Origin: an uncultured virus (IMG/VR IMGVR_UViG_3300022926_000008)
Taxonomy: Duplodnaviria > Heunggongvirae > Uroviricota > Caudoviricetes
Reading direction: 5' to 3' (one strand)
DNA length: 64,000 nucleotides
IMG/VR virus record: IMGVR_UViG_3300022926_000008
In this document: positions 38,789-48,610 of the stretch, one piece after another
How the letters are laid out: each line of letters starts with the position of its first letter
How positions within the stretch are numbered: the stretch's first letter is position 1
The notes under the pieces: generated by a model
The model's input: only the letters and a program-made list of their open reading frames with translations
Databases searched by the model: none
Told to the model about the DNA's origin: nothing
Program-made: the position numbers and the translations under genes

Positions 38789-39927
38789 TTACAGACAAAG
38801 GTAGAAATATCTTGGCCAAATATCTAATTGGTCAAGCACCAGCATATGCCTCATTCATTGCACTTGGGGTAGGCCCAAAGCCATTGCTAAACACTGACGC
38901 ATCAGTGGACTATTCTGAAGAAACTGAAATGGAGTTCGAGGTACTGAGAGTTCCTATTTCATCTAGGGGATATGTTTATGATGATTTTGGCAATGCAAGC
39001 ATTGTTTTTTCTGGAGAGCTCCCATCGGAGCAGCGTTACGAATTCTCTGAAATAGGAATTTTTTCTGCTAAGTCAAACCCAGTTGCAGGCTCTCTCGGCA
39101 GCCGAATGATATATACCTTTTCAGAGTCTGAAAACTGGGAGTACCACGATGAAACTCTTGCTAGAGGCCTGGCAACTTATGTAGAGCCACTCTATCTAGA
39201 TGAAGAACAAAATATTATTGCTGTAGATGATGTAGCCTTTAGAGCAAACTCTAACAATGCGTTGTTTTCAACAAGTATTTTACGTGCAGACAGATATGAA
39301 AATTCTCGCTTTCTAGACAAGACCCTGTTAATTAAGGGAAATATGTCAAGATTAGAAAGTGTAGATGGTAGGCTGTCTATTGTTGAGAATGGCGTTGGCT
39401 CCTATAATTCTTCTCACATTCACTTAGCTGGTGCAACACCAAACCTTAATCAGAACCCACCTGGAGATGAGCTAAGGCTGGCCTTTTCTGTTGTCAATAA
39501 GCTAGACAGCCAGCTAGAAGAAATAGACAATGTTAAGATTTTGGTTGAGTTTGCCTCAACTGATGCCGTAGAGCCAGATAACTATGCAAGAATTGAAATT
39601 GACACCTCTATGTCCGACTCAAACCGTTATATGGTTGTAAGAACGAAGCTTGAGGATCTTGTAAAAAGTACTGGGTTTACTTGGTCCAATGTTAATGTTG
39701 TAAAAATTTATGCATCGGTTTATGAATCTTCAGAGTACGGCCCACTGCTATCCGATAATTTTTATGTAGCCCTAGATGGCTTGCGGTTTGAAAACTTAAC
39801 TGCTACTAGCCCATTGTATGGAATGAGCGGGTACTCAGTTATTAGAAACACTGATGCAACAACAATTGTTAAAGAGTCAAACTCTTCTAATATGGTAGAG
39901 TTTAGGTTTGGATTGGACGTTCAGTAA
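38785..39927 (+). CDS. Hypothetical tail/baseplate structural protein
   Basis: MITDKGRNILAKYL...FIALGVG...SEIGIF resembles tail-associated proteins. Confidence 0.5.
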   Translation: MITDKGRNILAKYLIGQAPAYASFIALGVGPKPLLNTDASVDYSEETEMEFEVLRVPISSRGYVYDDFGNASIVFSGELPSEQRYEFSEIGIFSAKSNPVAGSLGSRMIYTFSESENWEYHDETLARGLATYVEPLYLDEEQNIIAVDDVAFRANSNNALFSTSILRADRYENSRFLDKTLLIKGNMSRLESVDGRLSIVENGVGSYNSSHIHLAGATPNLNQNPPGDELRLAFSVVNKLDSQLEEIDNVKILVEFASTDAVEPDNYARIEIDTSMSDSNRYMVVRTKLEDLVKSTGFTWSNVNVVKIYASVYESSEYGPLLSDNFYVALDGLRFENLTATSPLYGMSGYSVIRNTDATTIVKESNSSNMVEFRFGLDVQ

Positions 39928-40373
39928 TGGCCAGCGGACCTCGTAAAGCATCAGTTCTGTCACAAAACTTGCCACCAGTAATTAGGCTAGCCTCAAATGA
40001 ATTTGGGTATCTGACAAGATACAGAATTATTTCTGAAGACCGAAATAGATTTTCAGCTTGGTCTCCTGTTCAAAAGGTGGTAGCGTTTGATCAACAGCAC
40101 CTTCCAGATGTAGTCGAGGGCGATATTGTTTTAATGGGTAATACAATCATGATTACATGGGACGATGCACTAGATAGGCCAGCATATGATATCTTTGTAA
40201 GTTTTAATGGACAAGATTATTTTTATCATGGGACATCCCCTATCCATACGTATTCAATTATTAATAATGCTAATGCCTCCTCTGTTGATGTTGCTATTCA
40301 GATTCAAAGCGTCAACAAAGAGCGTAGCGATATCTTGACAATTTGTGAATTATATAGTATTATAGAGTCTTAA
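39927..40373 (+). CDS. Hypothetical protein
   Basis: TAATG-coupled ORF. Confidence 0.5.
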   Translation: MASGPRKASVLSQNLPPVIRLASNEFGYLTRYRIISEDRNRFSAWSPVQKVVAFDQQHLPDVVEGDIVLMGNTIMITWDDALDRPAYDIFVSFNGQDYFYHGTSPIHTYSIINNANASSVDVAIQIQSVNKERSDILTICELYSIIES

Positions 40374-40381
40374 GGAGAATA

Positions 40382-40828
40382 ATGGCAAAAGTACCACTAC
40401 CAGAAAGAGGGCAACCCCTCGATCTTAGTTATATCTATCAGCTTTCAAACGCAGTAAATGATCTTGCGGATGAGCTGAGCACAACTAGTGCAAGGTACAC
40501 ATCTATTGATACCGTGTCTGCAGGAACACAAACAGTAAGAACCTCAGACTCTAGAGTCATTGGTGGGTATGTAGCCGTAACGAATAGCTCCTCTACTAGT
40601 CCAGACGGCGAAGGTGCTTTCAGCTACAACTTCAGTGATTTTGCATATGTTCCAATTGTAACCGCCACCCCGATTCTGATCGACGAGGGTTCCACTGAGG
40701 CTGGTAAAGATATTACTGTTGTTTTAACAAAAGTAACTACCAACAGGGTAGAGGGTGTCGTTAGGTTTAACACTATTGGTGTTGCTTCTGTCGGACTTAA
40801 TCTGCTTATTGTTGGCATCCCAGTCTAA
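40382..40828 (+). CDS. Hypothetical structural protein
   Basis: AAGGAG RBS; beta-rich C-terminus. Confidence 0.45.
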   Translation: MAKVPLPERGQPLDLSYIYQLSNAVNDLADELSTTSARYTSIDTVSAGTQTVRTSDSRVIGGYVAVTNSSSTSPDGEGAFSYNFSDFAYVPIVTATPILIDEGSTEAGKDITVVLTKVTTNRVEGVVRFNTIGVASVGLNLLIVGIPV

Positions 40829-41352
40829 TGATCTCTCGTGAAGAGTATAATGAGGCACCAGTAATTCCTGGCCATAAAAAGCTATATTTCTTAAATGGAG
40901 ATCTTGTCAAGGCTCATCATTTAAATCGTGCAAACGGTATTATGTCTGTTTATAATATTAACAAAGATAGAATAGAAAGCTGCCTGATCGCAGACTTTAA
41001 AAAGAATCGTGAGCGTGCATACTCAATTAAAAAGACGGCAGAGCTAGTTAATAGACATGTAAAATATCTGCCAACTTTAATTAAAGACGGAGAGATACCA
41101 CCACCAACTGGTGCACAAAAGGGCGGAGATAGAAAGTGGCAGGTCAGAGCATATTACTCAGAATCGCAAGTAAGAGAAATTCGTGATATACTTGCCACTA
41201 AGAATATTGGGAGACCACGAAAAGACGGGCTTATAAATAATAATACAACGCCAACCATTCAGGAGTTGACAAGACGAATGGGAGATGGTATCCTTACATA
41301 TGTGAGAACAGAAGATGGTCGTTTCGTTCCGCTGTGGAGCGAGACAGTATAA
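40828..41352 (+). CDS. Putative MerR-like HTH DNA-binding protein
   Basis: YSIKKTAELVNRHVKYL...RAYYSESQV; GRPRK AT-hook-like motif. Confidence 0.55.
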   Translation: MISREEYNEAPVIPGHKKLYFLNGDLVKAHHLNRANGIMSVYNINKDRIESCLIADFKKNRERAYSIKKTAELVNRHVKYLPTLIKDGEIPPPTGAQKGGDRKWQVRAYYSESQVREIRDILATKNIGRPRKDGLINNNTTPTIQELTRRMGDGILTYVRTEDGRFVPLWSETV

Positions 41353-41371
41353 AAAACAAGAAGGGTATGAG

Positions 41372-41578
41372 ATGAAAAACAGTCCAGCAAAAGTTACTGT
41401 AACGCTAGGCTATACACTAAACCTTGGCAACTTTCAGTCGCTAAGAGTAGACCTTGGCGTAGAGGATTCTGAACGCGAAGGCGAAAACATTAACGAAGCA
41501 TTCAATAGGGTATATGCGTTTGTTGAGGATAAGCTCACCGAAAAGGTGAAGGAAGCTTCCGCAGAGATCCAGAAGTAA
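41372..41578 (+). CDS. Hypothetical protein
   Basis: LGYTLNLGNFQSLRVDLG; start reassigned to ATG 41372. Confidence 0.55.
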   Translation: MKNSPAKVTVTLGYTLNLGNFQSLRVDLGVEDSEREGENINEAFNRVYAFVEDKLTEKVKEASAEIQK

Positions 41579-41886
41579 TGGCAACTTATAAGGAGAGAAT
41601 GTCTCTGCTTGGCAAGTATAAGAAGTTGCACTTACAGCGATATGAAACATCGCCAACACATAATCTTAATGCTGAGCAGTGGGCAGCTGACGGACTAATT
41701 GAGTCATACGGCCTTACTGGTTGCTATGACCTACTAGAATATTATTTTCAGGCAAACCAATCTCCCTCATGGAGACAGTTTAGTTTTAATGCCGAGAAGA
41801 TCCTCGATGCCATGGAGGCAGAGAAGCGGGACAGAATTGAGCGAGAAGAGAGACGTAAAATGGCAAAGGAATGGCTAAATGGATAG
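41578..41886 (+). CDS. Hypothetical protein upstream of the helicase
   Basis: ORF overlapping the dnaB start. Confidence 0.55.
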   Translation: MATYKERMSLLGKYKKLHLQRYETSPTHNLNAEQWAADGLIESYGLTGCYDLLEYYFQANQSPSWRQFSFNAEKILDAMEAEKRDRIEREERRKMAKEWLNG

Positions 41887-43105
41887 TGCAGAGGCCAGAG
41901 TACTATCGGCAGTTTTAAAGGATAAGCAAATACACGTTTTGCTACAGGCTAACGTAGATAACCTAATGCCAACGCATTCAGACATCTGGCAGTTTATCAA
42001 AAAGTATACGGAAAGCAACTCAGAGCTTCCACCATCTAGCTTAGTAAGAGAGCAGTTTCCAGACTTTGCAATTCAGGAAGACGTGGGGGCAACAAAGTAT
42101 CACCTAGAAGAGCTGCAAAGCGAATACCTTAACAATACCCTTAAGGAAATTATTCGCTCTGCCGCATCTGAGGTTCAGGACGGAAAGAATACTAAGGCAC
42201 TTGAAGACCTTATTACTCACACATCAGAGCTAAAGAAAAATACTTCAGTAATTAAAGATATTGATGCTACGGATGCTCAGGATGCCGTTGCTTACTTTGA
42301 GGAGGTCAAGCGTAAGCAAGATCTTGGCATTATGGGAATTCAAACAGGTCTGCCAGGGTTTGATAACTACCTTCCATCTGGCATTATGCCTGGTCAGCTT
42401 GGAGTATTCTTAGCATATCCAGGTATTGGAAAGTCTTGGCTATCTCTGTACTTTGCGGTACAGGCGTGGAAGCAGGGCAAGTCTCCGCTAGTTGTCAGTC
42501 TTGAGATGAGTGAAACAGAGGTTCGTAATAGAGCTATTACAATTATGGGCGAAGGCTATTGGTCCCACCGCAAACTTAGCAGTGGAGAGATCAGCATTGA
42601 TGAGCTAAAGCGTTGGTACCACACCCACCTAGATGGCAAGCCACCATTTAGGATTGTCTCAAATGATACTGGCGGTGACATTACTCCGTCTGTTCTTCGT
42701 GGAAAGATTGATCAGTATAAGCCAGACTTTATTATTGTAGACTATTTGCAGCTAATGAGCCCAAATCAAAAAGCAGACAATGAAACTGTGCGTATGAAGA
42801 ACCTGTCCCGTGAGCTAAAGCTTATGGCTATTTCAGAAAGCGTTCCTATTATTGCAATTTCTTCTGCAACACCAGATGACGTTAGTAAGCTAGATACAGT
42901 GCCCACCTTGGGGCAGACCGCATGGTCTCGACAGATTGCGTACGATGCAGACTGGGTCATGGCACTTGGTCGTGGCACTAATAGCGATGTTATGGAGTGT
43001 GTGTTTAGAAAGAATCGTCATGGTTTTATGGGCGAGTTTATGGTCCAGGTAGACTTTGATAAAGGCCACTATAAGTATAAGGATTTGGAGGATTTCTCTA
43101 ACTAA
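41879..43105 (+). CDS. dnaB: DnaB-like replicative helicase
   Basis: Walker A AYPGIGKS, SLEMS, IIVDYLQLM, IAYDAD, KNRHG. Confidence 0.92.
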   Translation: MDSAEARVLSAVLKDKQIHVLLQANVDNLMPTHSDIWQFIKKYTESNSELPPSSLVREQFPDFAIQEDVGATKYHLEELQSEYLNNTLKEIIRSAASEVQDGKNTKALEDLITHTSELKKNTSVIKDIDATDAQDAVAYFEEVKRKQDLGIMGIQTGLPGFDNYLPSGIMPGQLGVFLAYPGIGKSWLSLYFAVQAWKQGKSPLVVSLEMSETEVRNRAITIMGEGYWSHRKLSSGEISIDELKRWYHTHLDGKPPFRIVSNDTGGDITPSVLRGKIDQYKPDFIIVDYLQLMSPNQKADNETVRMKNLSRELKLMAISESVPIIAISSATPDDVSKLDTVPTLGQTAWSRQIAYDADWVMALGRGTNSDVMECVFRKNRHGFMGEFMVQVDFDKGHYKYKDLEDFSN

Positions 43106-43122
43106 GCCCATATAATTGTGGT

Positions 43123-43449
43123 ATGCAAAATGTACACCACAGGCCAATTAAAAGGTTTAGTCTAGATGGAACAATATACGATGACTCTGCAATATGGAGA
43201 TTAAAGCAAGAGTATCTATACCTGATAGACTTTCAAATGAGATCTGCTGGGTACGTTCCAAGACTTGACATTGACATAGACTTTACAATAGAATATAATG
43301 AGAAGGCACAGATATACAATTTTGAATTATCTGTATATGGTGTCTACGTGGGAAAGAGAAAGAGTGAATGGATACTAGGGGTAGACGAGAGAGCAGTAAT
43401 ACCTATTCAGCAGAACAGGTCAAGAGAGTACTCCTCAAAAGCGGCATAG
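43123..43449 (+). CDS. Hypothetical protein
   Basis: TATAAT at 43111 + 6 nt + ATG; overlaps the primase ORF start. Confidence 0.55.
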   Translation: MQNVHHRPIKRFSLDGTIYDDSAIWRLKQEYLYLIDFQMRSAGYVPRLDIDIDFTIEYNEKAQIYNFELSVYGVYVGKRKSEWILGVDERAVIPIQQNRSREYSSKAA

Positions 43450-44312
43450 GCATCGAGTCTGAGGTCGATACTGACTATATTATATTTTGCCCATTCCATG
43501 GAAACAGCCGCACACCTGCGGGCGAAGTAGATAAAAAGAGTGGAATCTTCTTTTGCTTTTCTTGCCACTATGTCACTGACTTAGCAGACCTTGTTGTTAC
43601 ACAAACTGGTAGGACATACTTCCAGGCGGTTCGTTTTATTAAGTCTAATGAATTAGAGATTGATCTAGCAGCTGAAATTGGCAGCTCGCTAGATTCCAAA
43701 CCCATGTATGTAGAGTATCCATCTGCAGATGTTTATCGCCTCCACGAGGCAGCAGTAGCCTCTGAGCGTGCAATGTCGTACTATTCTGGGAGATCTATTA
43801 CTAAAGGATCTGTCGTAAAGTTTAGTTTGGGATATTCAGAACTTAAGGATATGGTTACAATCCCAGTCCACTCCCCAGATGGCATGCTCTTGGGCTTTGT
43901 GGGAAGGTCTGTAGAAGGCAAAGATTTTAAAAATACTCCTGGGCTGCCCAAGGGTAAGACTCTGTTTAATTTAAATAGAATAAAGAATTCTAAGAATGTG
44001 TACGTGGTAGAGTCCTCTTTTGATGCAATTAGACTAGATCAGTGCGGGCTGCCAGCGGTAGCTACTCTAGGTTCAAACGTGTCTAATTTTCAAATAGACT
44101 TGCTGAAAAAGTATTTCAATGATATAATTGTGATTGCTGATAATGATGAGGCAGGAAGCAACATGGTAAAGAAGCTCAAAGAAAAGCTAACTTCCAAAGT
44201 ATCTGTCGTATCACTTGACAAGCAATACAAAGACATCGGTGATATGGATGATGATCAAATTAAAGATCTTCAGTCAGGATTTGACAAGTCCATAGCCTCG
44301 ATGCTAACATAA
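43368..44312 (+). CDS. dnaG: DNA primase
   Basis: CPFH...CFSC zinc finger; TOPRIM VVESSFDA and DNDEAG. Confidence 0.88.
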   Translation: MDTRGRRESSNTYSAEQVKRVLLKSGIGIESEVDTDYIIFCPFHGNSRTPAGEVDKKSGIFFCFSCHYVTDLADLVVTQTGRTYFQAVRFIKSNELEIDLAAEIGSSLDSKPMYVEYPSADVYRLHEAAVASERAMSYYSGRSITKGSVVKFSLGYSELKDMVTIPVHSPDGMLLGFVGRSVEGKDFKNTPGLPKGKTLFNLNRIKNSKNVYVVESSFDAIRLDQCGLPAVATLGSNVSNFQIDLLKKYFNDIIVIADNDEAGSNMVKKLKEKLTSKVSVVSLDKQYKDIGDMDDDQIKDLQSGFDKSIASMLT

Positions 44313-44348
44313 TATAAATAAAGTATAAACAAAGTATAAGGAGAAAAC

Positions 44349-45005
44349 ATGAGTGTAGTAAAAGGATTGGCAAATATCAACGCACTAGTTGACAAGCCAA
44401 AGTATGACAGCGACAAGCCACGAGTTAAGTGGCTCAAGCTAACAGATGGTCAGGCAGTTAAGATTCGTTTTATCGAAGAGCTTGACGAAGATTCGCCCAG
44501 CTATGGAGAAGGCCGTGGTCTTTCACTAGTTGTCAAAGAGCACACTAACCCCAAGGACTACCGCCGCAAGGCAGTGGACACCATGGAGAGCGAAGGCCGT
44601 GACTGGGCAGAAGAGATGCATCGAAAAGACCCCAAGGCAGGATGGCGTGGTCGCCTCCGATTCTATTGCAACGTTCTAGTTGACGATGGAATTGAGGAGC
44701 CATATGTCGCTATCTGGTCTATGGGTGTTAGCAAGCAGTCTGCATTTAACACTATTCGTGAGTATGCAATTGAGACTGGCAGCATCTCTAATCTTACATG
44801 GAAGCTCAAGAGAAGCGGCTCTGGCACAGAGACCGTCTACACTCTGATTCCATCGGCTCCAGACAGTGAGCCTTACGACTGGAGCGGGGTCGAGCCATTC
44901 GACATCGACTTGGCACTAAACCACGTTCCATATGCGGAGCAGGAGGCTTATTACCTCGGCTTCGACACGCCATCCGCTTCTTCCGCCACAAACGTGGAGT
45001 GGTAA
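44349..45005 (+). CDS. Single-stranded DNA-binding protein, gp32-like
   Basis: WLKL..GQAVKIRF, RFYCNV, KLKRSGSGTETVYTL; located between primase and polymerase. Confidence 0.65.
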   Translation: MSVVKGLANINALVDKPKYDSDKPRVKWLKLTDGQAVKIRFIEELDEDSPSYGEGRGLSLVVKEHTNPKDYRRKAVDTMESEGRDWAEEMHRKDPKAGWRGRLRFYCNVLVDDGIEEPYVAIWSMGVSKQSAFNTIREYAIETGSISNLTWKLKRSGSGTETVYTLIPSAPDSEPYDWSGVEPFDIDLALNHVPYAEQEAYYLGFDTPSASSATNVEW

Positions 45006-45011
45006 GAAACA

Positions 45012-48000
45012 ATGGCATATGTTGGTTTACATGTTCACACTCACTACTCACTCTTTGACGGTATTGCTACCCCACAAGAGTACGTAGACAGGGCGGTGGA
45101 GCTTGGTATGTCCGCTTTGGCGATCACAGACCATGGCTCCTTATCGGGACATCGGGAAATGTACAGGGCTGCCCGTGAGAAGAACATTAAACCAATACTT
45201 GGTGTGGAGGGCTATATAACAGAAGACAGGTTTGACCAAAGAGATAGGGACTCCAGGGAAGGACCCCTTGATCTTGTCTACAACCATATAGTCCTCCTCG
45301 CCAAGAACAAGCAGGGGCTAGAAAACCTAAACAAGCTTAATGAAATTGCTTGGACAGAAGGGTTCTATAAAAAGCCACGAATTGACTATGAAGTTTTGAA
45401 GCAGTACAAAGAAGGCATTGTTGTCACTTCTGGGTGCCTCAGTGGTACCGTGGCAAAAGCCATTGAGTCTGGAGAGCTTGCAGCAGCAAAGCAACAGATC
45501 GAATGGCACAAAAATGTTTTTGGTGATGATTACTACATTGAGGTTATGCCTCACAACCCAGCAGAGATTAACCACCAGCTCTTGGCTCTAGCAGATGAGT
45601 TTGGGGTAAAGCCAGTAGTAACGCCAGACTGTCACCATGCTCACGTGGGGCAGAAAGATATTCAAGAACTTAAGCTAATTCTTAATACATATAGCAACAA
45701 GATTCAAAAGGATGCAACGTATGAAAAGTCCACTAAGTTTGAAACTCTCAAGGACCGCCTTCACTATCTATATGGTGATCGTGATATATCTTTCGATAAT
45801 TTCGACATCCACCTAATGTCGGATGAAGAGATGCGTTCTCAAATGCAGGCCCAAGGAATTGACAGGGAAGACATTTACGAGCACACTCTTGAGATTGCAG
45901 GCAAGGTAGAAGACTATGATATTAAAGATAATCTAGACTTGCTTCCAGCACAGTATCAGAATCCAGATACTGAGCTGCTATCCTTGGCAGTAGATGGCCT
46001 GAAAGAGCGTGGAATTACAGATAGTCCAGAGTATCTGGCTAGGCTAGAAGAAGAGATGGGCATTATCTCTGCCAAGAAGTTTAGTCCCTACTTCCTAGTA
46101 GTACGCAACATGATTAACTGGGCAAAGAAAGAGGGCATTCAGGTAGGTCCAGGTCGTGGTTCATCTGCAGGATCCCTGCTATGCTATGCACTTGGCATCA
46201 CCGACATTGATCCGCTAAAGCATGGTCTACTGTTCTTTCGATTTATTAATCCAGAGCGTAATGACTTTCCAGATATTGATACAGATATTCAGGATACTCG
46301 CCGTGAAGAGGTTAAAGATTATCTAGTTAGACAATATCGCCATGTTGCATCTATTGCAACCTTCCTAGAGTTTAAAGACAAGGGTGTAATTCGAGACATA
46401 GCACGAGTTTTACACATACCACTAACAGATGTTAATAAGGTTAGTAAGCTGTTTGATACGTGGGACGAATACTGCAATTCAAAATCTACTAAAGAGTTTA
46501 GAGAAAAATATCCAGAGGTAGAAAAGTATGGAGAGCAGCTGCGTGGGCGTATTAGAGGTACGGGTATCCACGCCGCTGGTGTTGTGACTAGCAAGACACC
46601 AATCTTTAAGCATGCACCAATGGAAACAAGAAACTCACCAGGATCTGGTGAAAGAATTCCTGTGGTGGCCGTAGACATGCAGGAGGCAGAGCGTATTGGT
46701 CTTATTAAGATTGATGCTCTTGGCCTCAAGACGTTGTCTGTGCTGAAGGATGCACTAGATATTATTCAGTCAAGGCACGGCAAAAAGCTTGACCTACTAA
46801 AGATTGAGACAGAAGATAGCAAGGTATATGAAATGCTGTCTAGCGGATATACAAAAGGTGTCTTTCAGTGTGAAGCTACGCCATATACAAACTTGCTTGT
46901 AAAAATGGGTGTCAAGAACTTTGCAGAGCTAGCAGCGTCTAATGCTCTGGTTCGACCAGGAGCAATGAATACTATTGGTAAGGACTATATCTTGCGTAAG
47001 CATGGTAAGCAGAACATCGCATACCACCACCAAGTTATGAAAGACTTTACTGCAGAAACGTATGGATGTATTCTATACCAAGAGCAGGTTATGCAGGCTT
47101 GTACTGAGCTTGGCGGTATGACAATGGCAGAGGCTGACAAGGTTCGTAAGATTATTGGAAAGAAGAAAGATGCTAAAGAGTTCGATGTATTTAAAGATAG
47201 GTTTGTTGAGGGTGCTTCACGCTTCCTTGCTCCTAATGCTGCGAAAGACCTCTGGTCTGACTTTGAAGCTCACGCAGGCTACTCATTCAATAAGTCTCAC
47301 GCTGTCGCGTATTCAACCCTATCGTACTGGACAGCGTGGCTCAAGACGTACTACCCGCTAGAGTTTATGTTCTCTATTTTAAAGAATGAAAAAGACAAGG
47401 ATGCTCGCACAGAGTACCTAATCGAGGCAAAGCGTATGGGCATTCCTATTAGGCTTCCACACGTTAATGACTCAGACATTGATTTTAAGATTGAGGGCAA
47501 GGGAATTAGGTTCGGTTTGTCTGGAATTAAGTACATTTCGGATAACATTGCCACTAAGTTTATTGAGGCAAGGCCATTCAGGTCTTATACAGAGCTAGAA
47601 GAGTTTACAATGAAAAAGGGCACTGGGGTAAACACAAGATCTTTGCAAGCACTAAAGGCTATCGGAGCAGCCACGTTTGAGGATAACCCAAGGGATGACA
47701 ATCAGATTAGGGAGAACCTGTATGAGTATCTCAATCTGCCAGAATTTAACGTTACGGTGCCCACACAGTATCATGCTTTTATGAACTCTGTGGATGAGTT
47801 CGAAGAAAAGGGATCGTTCCTATTGATGGGCATGGTCAAAAGCATTAAGAGAGGGAAGGGGTGGTCACGTGTTGAGGTCCTTGACAAAACTGGCTCGGTC
47901 GGCATTTTCGATGAGGAACAGACCAGTATTGAAACAGGTAGGACTTATATATTACTGGCTAGTGACAATAGGATTGTATCGGCTATTCCTGCTGACGAAG

Positions 48001-48281
48001 CCAGAGCTTCGAATGAAGCGTTAATTAAGTTTCTAAACTACAAGCAGTTGCCATTTGGTGATGAGGAGCAGTATGTGGTATCCTTTAAGCCAAGAGTAAC
48101 AAAGGCGGGCAAGAAGATGGCAACTTTGACAGTTGCAGATACCAACAGAGATTTGCACTCTGTATTGGTCTTCCCCACTACTTTTGCCAAAGCCTATATG
48201 AAGATTCAGGAGGGGAACGCATACAAGTTCTCATTCGGAAAAACAAAAGACGGAACAGTAATATTGGAGGATATACTATGA
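45012..48281 (+). CDS. dnaE: DNA polymerase III alpha subunit
   Basis: PHP HVHTHYSLFDG and AITDHG; GPGRGSSAGS; PDIDTD; GIHAAG; KIDALGL; FNKSHA. Confidence 0.96.
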   Translation: MAYVGLHVHTHYSLFDGIATPQEYVDRAVELGMSALAITDHGSLSGHREMYRAAREKNIKPILGVEGYITEDRFDQRDRDSREGPLDLVYNHIVLLAKNKQGLENLNKLNEIAWTEGFYKKPRIDYEVLKQYKEGIVVTSGCLSGTVAKAIESGELAAAKQQIEWHKNVFGDDYYIEVMPHNPAEINHQLLALADEFGVKPVVTPDCHHAHVGQKDIQELKLILNTYSNKIQKDATYEKSTKFETLKDRLHYLYGDRDISFDNFDIHLMSDEEMRSQMQAQGIDREDIYEHTLEIAGKVEDYDIKDNLDLLPAQYQNPDTELLSLAVDGLKERGITDSPEYLARLEEEMGIISAKKFSPYFLVVRNMINWAKKEGIQVGPGRGSSAGSLLCYALGITDIDPLKHGLLFFRFINPERNDFPDIDTDIQDTRREEVKDYLVRQYRHVASIATFLEFKDKGVIRDIARVLHIPLTDVNKVSKLFDTWDEYCNSKSTKEFREKYPEVEKYGEQLRGRIRGTGIHAAGVVTSKTPIFKHAPMETRNSPGSGERIPVVAVDMQEAERIGLIKIDALGLKTLSVLKDALDIIQSRHGKKLDLLKIETEDSKVYEMLSSGYTKGVFQCEATPYTNLLVKMGVKNFAELAASNALVRPGAMNTIGKDYILRKHGKQNIAYHHQVMKDFTAETYGCILYQEQVMQACTELGGMTMAEADKVRKIIGKKKDAKEFDVFKDRFVEGASRFLAPNAAKDLWSDFEAHAGYSFNKSHAVAYSTLSYWTAWLKTYYPLEFMFSILKNEKDKDARTEYLIEAKRMGIPIRLPHVNDSDIDFKIEGKGIRFGLSGIKYISDNIATKFIEARPFRSYTELEEFTMKKGTGVNTRSLQALKAIGAATFEDNPRDDNQIRENLYEYLNLPEFNVTVPTQYHAFMNSVDEFEEKGSFLLMGMVKSIKRGKGWSRVEVLDKTGSVGIFDEEQTSIETGRTYILLASDNRIVSAIPADEARASNEALIKFLNYKQLPFGDEEQYVVSFKPRVTKAGKKMATLTVADTNRDLHSVLVFPTTFAKAYMKIQEGNAYKFSFGKTKDGTVILEDIL

Positions 48282-48610
48282 GCGGTGCACTGTCGTTTGA
48301 CGGACATGCAAGAGAAGTACACAAGAATGCCACTGAAAAGGGATTCTGGTCTGAAAAGATTGACGACATCTTTATTGCAAAACAATGCATGATGATTGTC
48401 TCTGAAGTCACTGAGCTGATGGAAGCCATTAGAAAGGATCAGGGCAAGGATGCTGTTGCACATGAGACTGCAGACATTCTAATTAGAACCCTAGACCTGT
48501 GGCAAGGGCTCGTAGAGCATGGCTATGCAGAGGGGTCCTTGCAGGCAGCATTTAACAATAAGACAGAACACAACAAGTCAAGACCAGAAAGGCACGGTGT
48601 GCGATTTTGA
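48278..48610 (+). CDS. MazG-like NTP pyrophosphohydrolase
   Basis: SEVTELMEAIRK...ETADILIR...NKSRP. Confidence 0.7.
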   Translation: MSGALSFDGHAREVHKNATEKGFWSEKIDDIFIAKQCMMIVSEVTELMEAIRKDQGKDAVAHETADILIRTLDLWQGLVEHGYAEGSLQAAFNNKTEHNKSRPERHGVRF

